Positions 56,731-64,000 of a stretch of DNA of 64,000 nucleotides are shown piece after piece. The notes below the pieces were generated by a model that was not told the origin of the DNA, did not search any database, and was given only the letters and a program-made list of their open reading frames with translations. Origin of the DNA: Armatimonadota bacterium. GTDB lineage: Bacteria; Armatimonadota; SYMT01. The position numbers were made by a program, and so were the translations under genes. Numbering within the stretch: the stretch's first letter is position 1; each line of letters begins with the position of its first letter. The DNA is taken from positions 80,663 to 144,662 of the forward strand of contig JBKBRF010000013.1 of assembly GCA_046292385.1 (NCBI GenBank). Direction: 5' to 3'.

Positions 56731-57839
56731 TTCGCGTCCGCGCCTCCGGCCGGCTTCGTCTCCGCGGGCTTGGCTTCACCCGGCTTGGTCTCGCCCGGCT
56801 TCTTCTCTTCCTGCGGCACGGTGATCTGCGCGATGGCGGCCGTGGGGCCGGCGGAGAGGGTGCGGCGCCCGGTCTTGTTGTTGAAGACGAACTTGTGCCC
56901 CAGGTAGACCGTCGGCTTCTCCTTCGCCGGGTCCTTCACGGTGGCGTTCGCGTGGCCTTCCAGGACCATCAGGTCCTGCTCGGCGTCGAAGGTGCCGTTG
57001 TCGCCGGTGGCGTGGACGATCGACCCGTTGCTGCTCTTACCGTCGTAGACCACGTTCTCGTCGGCAAATGCCTGCTTCAGCTCGTTCGTCTTCTCGTCGA
57101 TCTGGAAGCGGATCGTCTTCGCGGTCAGCTTGGAGGAGGGCCGCACGATCGACGGCTTGCCGGTGGCGACGTAGAGCTGCTTGATGCCGTCCATGTCGAT
57201 CTTGTCGCCCTGCAGATCTACCGGCTCCGGATCCGGCTTGGCCGGCATCCCCGCCTGCGCTTCGGCGCCCTTCGGCTCCAGGTGGACCTTCGCCTGCTCG
57301 CTCGGCTTGCGATGGACCACGTTCTCCTTCGTCTTCAGGTTCATGTCGACGCGGGAGCCGGTGATGACGGCGGGCTCCTTCAGGCGCGGGGACGACTGGT
57401 GCACGATCACGTCGCCGCCGGCGAGGTTCGCCGTCTGCTGGATCTCATGGTAGTCCAGGGTCTTGCCCCAGCCCTTCATGAAGCTACCGTCCTCCGGGTC
57501 CTTCTTCTCCACGAAGACGTTGCCGACGCACTTGGCCCACTCCAGCTCGTTCTTGTCGGTCATCTGGACCGTCATCTCGTCCGCCGTCATGTGGCTGTTG
57601 CGGGAGACGAGATCGACCTTGCCGGTGAGGAGGTACTGGCGCTTGTCGAGATCGTAGTCGATCGTGTCCGACTTGACGATCGTGTCACCGAGCTGGACCG
57701 CCTGCGGCTGTGCCGGCTGCGCCTGGGCCGGGGGCTGCGCGCCGGCGCCGCCGGTGAGGCCGGGGGCGGCCACGGCGGCCAGCACTCCGGCGGCGAGGAA
57801 ACGGATCGGCAGAGAAGAATGGAGACGACTTCGGAACAT
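56727..57839 (-). CDS. lptA: LptA/OstA-like periplasmic beta-jellyroll protein (tandem domains)
   Basis: Signal peptide, SDTIDYD...LTGKV...ADEM, GDKIDMD, directly upstream of lptB. Confidence 0.7.
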   Translation of the reverse strand: MFRSRLHSSLPIRFLAAGVLAAVAAPGLTGGAGAQPPAQAQPAQPQAVQLGDTIVKSDTIDYDLDKRQYLLTGKVDLVSRNSHMTADEMTVQMTDKNELEWAKCVGNVFVEKKDPEDGSFMKGWGKTLDYHEIQQTANLAGGDVIVHQSSPRLKEPAVITGSRVDMNLKTKENVVHRKPSEQAKVHLEPKGAEAQAGMPAKPDPEPVDLQGDKIDMDGIKQLYVATGKPSIVRPSSKLTAKTIRFQIDEKTNELKQAFADENVVYDGKSSNGSIVHATGDNGTFDAEQDLMVLEGHANATVKDPAKEKPTVYLGHKFVFNNKTGRRTLSAGPTAAIAQITVPQEEKKPGETKPGEAKPAETKPAGGADAK

Positions 57840-57911
57840 GGCAGCCTCTAGCGAAGTTTATCGGCGCTCCGGGGGAGCAGCTCTGGTGATTGAAATGCGG
57901 GATTCTGCGGG

Positions 57912-58739
57912 CTAGCGGTTCTTTCGCTTCGCCATCTTGGGGCCGGACTTGCCGACCGGTGCGCGGGCCATGTGCACCCGCGTGCCGCCGGAGATCTTGC
58001 CCCGCTTCAGACGGGTGTTGGAGCGGAGGTGTTCCCCGGTGACGCGGGTCTGCTGGTCCAGGATTACAACATCGCCGTCCGCGTGCAGGATCCCGGTGTC
58101 CAGCCACCACTTCGCCCGCCGAGAGGTTAGCTGCTGGCCCTGCGGGTTGTACGCCTTCGCGCCGGAGTTGAGGGTGGCGACCCGGTTATGGACCTCCGCG
58201 TGCGGGCCCTCGGCCGTGAAGTCGACCTTCTTGCCCTTCATCGCCTGGAGCTTGGCGGTCTTGAGGTCCAGGTGGCCCGTCTCGGCGGTCCAGACGGCGC
58301 GCTGGCCATCGACGATCATCTTGCCGTCGGTGGTGACGCCGTGCGCCGGCGCCTGGGTGCTGAGCTGCTTTCCGTCCCAGGTCGCCTCGTCCGACTCCAT
58401 GTCCATGTGCGGCTTGCCGTCTTCATAGAGCCGGCACTTCGCCTTGTACATCTTGACCGGACCTTCGAGACCCTGGCCCTGCGCCACGGCGCCGGCGACC
58501 CGCTCCACCTTGGCGGAGAGGATCATCTTGCCGCGCTTGTCCTGGACCGTAAACTCGTTGTCGGTCCCCTTCACGATGAGCGGCGGCGAGTCGTTGAGCT
58601 TCTCCCGGGCCTCCGAGCGGACTTTCTGTGCGAGCTGGTTCTTGTCCCGCTTGCTGCGGCAGCCCGCTCCCACGGAGACCAGGGCCACCACCAGCAGGCC
58701 GGCGCTCAACTTTTGAAGCGGTACTTTAGCAGCGTCCAC
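57912..58739 (-). CDS. lptC: LptC-like beta-jellyroll lipoprotein
   Basis: Lipobox VGAGC, jellyroll-like strands (ADGDVVI, TGEHLRSN), position upstream of lptA. Start GTG 58739 is inferred. Confidence 0.55.
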   Translation of the reverse strand: MDAAKVPLQKLSAGLLVVALVSVGAGCRSKRDKNQLAQKVRSEAREKLNDSPPLIVKGTDNEFTVQDKRGKMILSAKVERVAGAVAQGQGLEGPVKMYKAKCRLYEDGKPHMDMESDEATWDGKQLSTQAPAHGVTTDGKMIVDGQRAVWTAETGHLDLKTAKLQAMKGKKVDFTAEGPHAEVHNRVATLNSGAKAYNPQGQQLTSRRAKWWLDTGILHADGDVVILDQQTRVTGEHLRSNTRLKRGKISGGTRVHMARAPVGKSGPKMAKRKNR

Positions 58740-59449
58740 AGCGCCTCTACTCCATCCCACCAGCGGATCTTCTTGCCCGAGTCGTACGATCTCGGAGAAT
58801 AGCTGATCGGCATCTCGGCGATCGGCTCGCCGCGCTTCAACACCTTCGCGGTCACTTCCGGACAGAACTCGAACCGGCGGCACTCCAGCGGGATCGACCG
58901 CAGCAGCTTCGCCTCGAACACCTTGTAGCAGGTCGCCTCGTCAGTCAGGCACGCGCCGTAGAGCAGGTTGGCGCTCCACGCCAGCAGCCGGTTGCAAACG
59001 TAGTTCGGCCACTCCATCGGCGGCCGGCCCGCGAGGAACCGCGAGCCGTACACCACCTTCACTTCGCCCCGCTCGATAGGCTCCATCAACCGCAGCAGGT
59101 CCTGCGGATCATATTCCAGGTCCGCGTCCTGAATCGCCACCACGTCTCCGGTCACCCGCGCCAGCGCGGAGCGGATCGCCGCCCCCTTGCCCTGGTTCGT
59201 CTCGTGCTCGATCAAGACCAGGCCCGGCTCGTCCCGCAGCAGCTCCCGCGTGCCGTCGGTGGAGCAGTCGTCTACCACGATCAGCTCCAGGTCGACGTCG
59301 AGCGCGCGCAGCCGGGCGAGAGTTTCCCGGATTGTATCGCGCTCGTTGAAAGCCGGGATTACCACCGAAAGCGCCAGCCGGGGCCGCGGCCGCTTCGCTC
59401 CGAGCGGAGCCGGTGTGATTGTCGGCTGATCGGTCGACTTTACCGCCAT
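58706..59449 (-). CDS. Glycosyltransferase family 2 (polyprenol-phosphate sugar synthase, DPM1-like)
   Basis: VVIPAFNE, VDDCSTDGT, NQGKGAA, QDADLEYDP, GSRF, TDEATCYK. Start codon ambiguous. Confidence 0.92.
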   Translation of the reverse strand: MAVKSTDQPTITPAPLGAKRPRPRLALSVVIPAFNERDTIRETLARLRALDVDLELIVVDDCSTDGTRELLRDEPGLVLIEHETNQGKGAAIRSALARVTGDVVAIQDADLEYDPQDLLRLMEPIERGEVKVVYGSRFLAGRPPMEWPNYVCNRLLAWSANLLYGACLTDEATCYKVFEAKLLRSIPLECRRFEFCPEVTAKVLKRGEPIAEMPISYSPRSYDSGKKIRWWDGVEALWTLLKYRFKS

Positions 59450-59459
59450 CGCGCTGCCC

Positions 59460-59490
59460 GAAGGATGAGGGATGAAGGATGAGGGATGAA
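59460..59490. repeat. GGATGAR heptamer tandem repeat (about 4 units)
   Basis: GAAGGATGAGGGATGAAGGATGAGGGATGAA. Confidence 0.8.
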
Positions 59491-59602
59491 CTCCCGGACC
59501 CACCTTCGTAAGGGCTGTCGCGCTCCGCTCTCGTGAGTTATGGCCAGAGTTGCCATCCGTCATCCCTCCTAATGCGGCGGGGGCGCGGAGAGTTGGCCTA
59601 TT

Positions 59603-60994
59603 CTACAGGCTCTGCAGCGCCGGCAGCACCCAGAAGAGTGCGTACACCGCCAGAATCAACATCGCCGCTACAACGAGCCACGCGCCCGCCAGCTCCGCGC
59701 GGGAGGAGCCGGGGACCGGCCTCCCCCACCGTGTCCACTCGAGCCAGCCGCCCGAGAGGGCGAGCGCGAGGGCGCCGATAGCGGGGAAGAGATAGCGGCC
59801 CTGTGCCTGGAAATACGTAGCGTTGAAGCGGAAGAACGCCGCGACCACGAAAATGGCGTGCGCCCCCAGCACCCAGACCGCCGGACGAGTGCCCGGAGTC
59901 GTCGGCGGCTCCACGCGCCGGGACCGCCAGGCGTAGACCAGCCCGCCCGCCGCGGAGAGGAGCGTGGCGAGCGCCAGCCAGGGATAGACGGTGGAAGGCG
60001 GCGGGTAGCCGCGGCCGTATCCGCCGAGGAACAGCTCCGGATGCTCCGGGCTCAGATGGCCGAAAGCTCCCCAGAAGGTCGCGAAGGTGGTGGGGAGCAC
60101 CAGCTCGCCGAGGTAGCGTCCGAACGAGTAGCCGGCGTCGCGGAAGTCGACCCAGCGCGGCGTGTCGGCGAAGTACCAGTCGAACGCGCCCTGGCCGATC
60201 GGGTCGCCGTAGAGCAGGGTATTCCGCACCAGCCACCAGCCGGTCAGGAGCAGCAGCACGCCGCCGGCCGCCGCGCTCGTCCGCAGGAACCAGCCGCCGA
60301 TCTCCCGCTGGAGCGCCGCCTCTTCCTCGTCCGTCGCGGGCGCGGCGCGGTCGCCCAGCACCTCCCGGCGCGTCGCCAGGTAGATGGCGAGCAGCGCGGG
60401 CGGGAAGAGCATGATGCTGCTCTGCTTGGCGAGGAAGGCGAGCCCGAGCGCCCCGCCCAGCAGCGCGGCCCGGCGCAGATCCCATTTGCCGAGGACGGCG
60501 CGCACCATCACCAGCAGCGCCAGGCTGCTGGTCGCTTCCGCCAGGGCGTCGTTGCTGACGGAGGCGATGACGTGCAGGCGCATCGGCAGGAACGCCGTGA
60601 AGCCGGCGGCGGCGATCCAGAGAGCGGGGCGGTCCGGCGCGACCTCCCGCGCCAGCAGCCAGACCAGCGCCACGCCTGCCAGGCCGAGCAGGATGGAGAG
60701 CACCCGGCACGCCTGTCCTGCGGCCGGCTCGCCCCCGATCAGCCGCCCCACGTGGTAGAACGGCACCGCCAGCGCGTAGTAGAGCGGCGGCTGGTGCGCC
60801 TCGTAGTGCGGATCGCGGTCCCGGTCCCGCCGCCGGGTAATGTTCAGGGCGGGGAGGCGGCCCTCCGTCGCCAGGACCCGCACGTACTGCAGGTGCGCGC
60901 CCTCGTCCGGCGCGGAGCCGAGCGGAGCCGTCCAGGCGAAGCCGAGGCCGAGCAGCGCGCAGAGCGCCAGGATGAGCCAGAGGGTGCGGTTCAT
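59603..60994 (-). CDS. GT-C fold (PMT/ArnT/DUF2142-like) membrane glycosyltransferase
   Basis: APDEGAHLQY, YEAHQPPLYY, SVSNDAL, QGRYLFP, many TMs. ATG 60994 overlaps the upstream stop. Confidence 0.82.
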   Translation of the reverse strand: MNRTLWLILALCALLGLGFAWTAPLGSAPDEGAHLQYVRVLATEGRLPALNITRRRDRDRDPHYEAHQPPLYYALAVPFYHVGRLIGGEPAAGQACRVLSILLGLAGVALVWLLAREVAPDRPALWIAAAGFTAFLPMRLHVIASVSNDALAEATSSLALLVMVRAVLGKWDLRRAALLGGALGLAFLAKQSSIMLFPPALLAIYLATRREVLGDRAAPATDEEEAALQREIGGWFLRTSAAAGGVLLLLTGWWLVRNTLLYGDPIGQGAFDWYFADTPRWVDFRDAGYSFGRYLGELVLPTTFATFWGAFGHLSPEHPELFLGGYGRGYPPPSTVYPWLALATLLSAAGGLVYAWRSRRVEPPTTPGTRPAVWVLGAHAIFVVAAFFRFNATYFQAQGRYLFPAIGALALALSGGWLEWTRWGRPVPGSSRAELAGAWLVVAAMLILAVYALFWVLPALQSL

Positions 60995-62931
60995 CGGATA
61001 TCGAGCACCATCACGCCGCGGCGTCCCGGCACGGCGCCGCGGGAAGCGAAGACCGGCACCATGCGCCCCTTCGCCATCGCGTCCCGGAGCAGCCGGAAGT
61101 AGCTGGCGTTCTCCTTGTCTTCCGCGAAGTCGAAGTTGATCAGCACGTGGGTGATGCCCCACCGCCGGTAGGCCTGGGCCAGCTCATGACCGTCCCGCAT
61201 CTCGGCGTACCGGAAGTGATTGTGCTGCCCGGGATTGGCCCAGAAGTAGTCGCGGTCGAAGTAGTAGCCGCGGGTCTCCTCGATCAGCGCCACCTTGCTC
61301 TCCGGCGGCAGGCTGTTCACGAAGGCGGACGCCTCGTAGAGCCCCGGGAGCGACTGGTCGAGATACTCCGCCTCCGTGTACTCCCCGCGCAGGAGGTCGA
61401 TCGCGATCTGCGCCTGCGGCTGGTACACCCAGAGGCTGAGCGCGGCGGCGGCGGCGACGAACACTCCCGCCGCGCCGCGGAGCCAGCGAGACGGCAGCCC
61501 GGCGATCCCGGCGGTCAGGACGAGCGCGAGCGGAGCGAAGACGGGGATCAGGTAGCGGACCTGGTGGGTGAGCAGGAACCAGAGCAGGACGGAGCCGAGC
61601 ACGTAGGCGAGGCACGCCCACGCGCGCCAGCCGAGGCCGCGCGCAAAGAGCAGGAGCGGCGTGAGCCCCGCCCAGACCGGCCCGGCGCTGCCGATCTGAT
61701 CGCCCAGCAGCGCCTTCTGGTTGACGTAGAACTCCCGGCCGTGCATCCCCAGGTTCCAGAAGGAGCGGAGCAGATCCAGCGGACCGCGTCCCATCCCGAA
61801 CCGGGTCTGCTCCCCCGCGTACCCCTCCGCCATGCCGCTCGTCCAGCTGTACTGACCGGGGAAGAGGCTGTAGAAGAACGGGTAGACCGGGTTGCCGACC
61901 CACAGCCAGCTCTTGACGTACCAGGGCGAGCCGACCAGCAGCGCCAGGAAGCCGAAGCCGAGAGTCGCCTTCAGCACCGCTACCCGCGCCGGGCCGGCGG
62001 AGCGCCAGGCGAGCCAGAGGAGCCCCAGCCCGAGCAGCCCGAACTGCAGGAGCGCCGTCATCTTGGTCCCGAGCGCGAAGCCGGTCAGCACCGCCGCCAG
62101 GAGCGCGCCGCGGAGATCGAGCCGCGGGCCGCCGGTCTCCCACTTCACCGCGTCGAGTAGGGCCGCCAGCGCCAGGAACTGGAAGAGCGCCGTGCCGAGC
62201 TCCACGTAGGCGGTGCCGAGCTCCCAGAGCACCACCGGCATGCTGGCGAAGAGGATCGCCGCCACCGGCCCGCCCCACTGCGGCATCCGGCGGCCGTTCA
62301 CCAGCAGCCGGTCGGTCCAGACGCCGACCGCCGCCGCGGTGAGCCAGCCCGCCGCCCAGTGGAAGAGCTTTCCGCCCGCCGCGCCGCCGAACGCCAGCCC
62401 CAGCGTGTAGAGCATCTCCATGGTGAACGGGAAATGCGTGTGGGAGTCGTACGGGATGAACGGGATGCGCCCCTCGCGCAGGAAGATCTTCGGCGCCGCC
62501 AGGTGGTAGCTCAGGCTGTCCCAGTCGAGCCCGTCGGGCGGCTTCAGCGCCGACGCCAGCGTGAGCAGCGCCATCAGCCCCGCCGCCACCAGGGCGAAGA
62601 GCGCCAGCCCCCGTTCCACGCTGCCCGGCGCAGGCGCCGGCACGGTCTCCGGCGCGGCCTCGCCGTCGACTCCCTTGCGGGGACGGAACAGCACGACCGC
62701 CGGCCAGCCCGCGGCGACCATCGCACCGAGCACTACGGTGTTCAAGGCGCCCAGCAGGCCCGCCGCCAGGATCAGGTAGGCCAGGATGCCCATCCCGAGG
62801 GCGGTGGCGTGGAGCAGCGTCCGCGGCTCCGGCGAGGCGGGCAGGCGCAAGAGACGGAGACAGGCGCCGCCATAGCCGAGGCAGGCGACGAGTGAGAGCG
62901 CGAGCGTGAGGAGCGCGAGAAGCGAGGCCAT
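60991..62931 (-). CDS. GT-C fold (GT39/ArnT-like) multi-pass membrane glycosyltransferase
   Basis: DSLSYHL, PWYVKSW..GNPVYPF, RYLIP, about 13 TMs. Confidence 0.78.
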   Translation of the reverse strand: MASLLALLTLALSLVACLGYGGACLRLLRLPASPEPRTLLHATALGMGILAYLILAAGLLGALNTVVLGAMVAAGWPAVVLFRPRKGVDGEAAPETVPAPAPGSVERGLALFALVAAGLMALLTLASALKPPDGLDWDSLSYHLAAPKIFLREGRIPFIPYDSHTHFPFTMEMLYTLGLAFGGAAGGKLFHWAAGWLTAAAVGVWTDRLLVNGRRMPQWGGPVAAILFASMPVVLWELGTAYVELGTALFQFLALAALLDAVKWETGGPRLDLRGALLAAVLTGFALGTKMTALLQFGLLGLGLLWLAWRSAGPARVAVLKATLGFGFLALLVGSPWYVKSWLWVGNPVYPFFYSLFPGQYSWTSGMAEGYAGEQTRFGMGRGPLDLLRSFWNLGMHGREFYVNQKALLGDQIGSAGPVWAGLTPLLLFARGLGWRAWACLAYVLGSVLLWFLLTHQVRYLIPVFAPLALVLTAGIAGLPSRWLRGAAGVFVAAAAALSLWVYQPQAQIAIDLLRGEYTEAEYLDQSLPGLYEASAFVNSLPPESKVALIEETRGYYFDRDYFWANPGQHNHFRYAEMRDGHELAQAYRRWGITHVLINFDFAEDKENASYFRLLRDAMAKGRMVPVFASRGAVPGRRGVMVLDIR

Positions 62932-63068
62932 GGGGGTATCCACGCCTATCTACGCATTCCGCGCGGCTGGGCTCTCACGAATTCAGGCTCCTACTTCGAT
63001 TCTCGTTCATGCTCCGGACGTGAGCGCCGGCGATTGGCAAAGGGGACTCGATGTACCGGTGCAGTCTA

Positions 63069-63095
63069 TGGAGTGCGGTAGCTTGCTTCCGCCTT
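63069..63095. repeat. Single REP-like unit (TGGAGTGCGG family)
   Basis: TGGAGTGCGGTAGCTTGCTTCCGCCTT matches 17509-17535. Confidence 0.7.
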
Positions 63096-63172
63096 CCAGA
63101 GTCTGTCCCGCAGTATTCATCCCGATCGGCGGGAGGCGAACGTGCGACCTTGAATCGAGGCCGCGTCCCTGG

Positions 63173-63925
63173 TCACTTCGCCGCGTAGTCCTTCCGCAGC
63201 ACGCGCTTCTCCCAGTGGACCAGCCGCGCGGTCCCCTCCTCGACTTCCAGACGGGCGAGGCCCGCGTAGAAGCCGAAGGCGCGGGCCTGGATGACGGGGA
63301 CGTGACCGACCCAGTCGGGCGCTTGCAGGTCGGTGTGGCTGTGGCCGCCGATGACGAGGTCGAGCTCCGGACACTGCTCCGCGAGCTGCAGGTCCTGGGC
63401 GTGTCCGATGTGCGTGAGGGCGATCAGGAGGTCGACCTCCGGCCGGAGCAGCTCCACCTGCTCCCGCGCGCACTTGAGCGGGTTGTCGAACCAGTAGTCG
63501 CAGAGCGGCTGCGACCACTGCTTCTTCGTGAACATCGGGACGGTGACGCCGAAGAGGCCGATCCGGACCCCTTCCCGTTCGAGCCGAAGGTGCGGCTGGA
63601 GCGGGAGCGGGGCGTCTCCCTTGGCGACCGCGTTCGCGCAGAGGATCGGGAACCGGGCGCAGTCGATCTTGCGCGGGAAGATCTCCTTGCGCGGGTGTGT
63701 CTCCCGGTTACCGAGGCACATGGCGGTGTAGCCGAGCTGGCTCATCGTCTCCAGCACCGGCTCGCCGCCGATGCGGAAGCCGAGGTTGCCGGCGGTGATC
63801 GAGTCGCCGGCGTCGAGCAGCAGGTCCGGCTGCAGCTCGGCGGTGAGCGCCGCGATCGCGTCGGAAACCGGGGGCACGATGCGGCCGTGCGTGTCGTTGG
63901 TGTGGATCAGGGTGAGCGAGGGCAT
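63173..63925 (-). CDS. Calcineurin-like metallophosphoesterase (5'-nucleotidase N-terminal domain only)
   Basis: HTNDTHG, DAGD, GNRE, LTH.G, GGHSH. Confidence 0.88.
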   Translation of the reverse strand: MPSLTLIHTNDTHGRIVPPVSDAIAALTAELQPDLLLDAGDSITAGNLGFRIGGEPVLETMSQLGYTAMCLGNRETHPRKEIFPRKIDCARFPILCANAVAKGDAPLPLQPHLRLEREGVRIGLFGVTVPMFTKKQWSQPLCDYWFDNPLKCAREQVELLRPEVDLLIALTHIGHAQDLQLAEQCPELDLVIGGHSHTDLQAPDWVGHVPVIQARAFGFYAGLARLEVEEGTARLVHWEKRVLRKDYAAK

Positions 63926-64000
63926 CGGCACCTGGTTCGCAGCCGTCCGCCGCGGCTCCTCCCCCGTACGCGCAGGGGCCGTGGGCGCAGAGACTGCGCC

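Overview
This is a high-GC bacterial chromosomal segment. The gene content (a single LptF/G lpt cluster, a DUF1552/DUF1592 pair, alpha-2-macroglobulin, BlaI/M56) is loosely suggestive of Armatimonadota or a similar soil lineage, which is an inference. It holds about 45 probable genes, mostly for secreted hydrolases and proteases, envelope glycosylation and transport, and signalling. I found no rRNA, tRNA, CRISPR array or transposase. The main hidden feature is a membrane-anchored thioredoxin-fold (TlpA-like) gene at 4319-4828 (-) that the ORF track splits in two. An in-frame TGA occupies the first Cys position of the CxxC motif (U-P-G-C) and is immediately followed by a SECIS-like hairpin, so this is probably a selenoprotein. 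The intergenic DNA also carries at least five families of dispersed palindromic or short-repeat elements. These include three ~250-370 bp nested hairpins sharing a conserved core, and heptamer inverted arrays that end exactly on start codons. Product calls come from motifs read by eye; no database searches were run.
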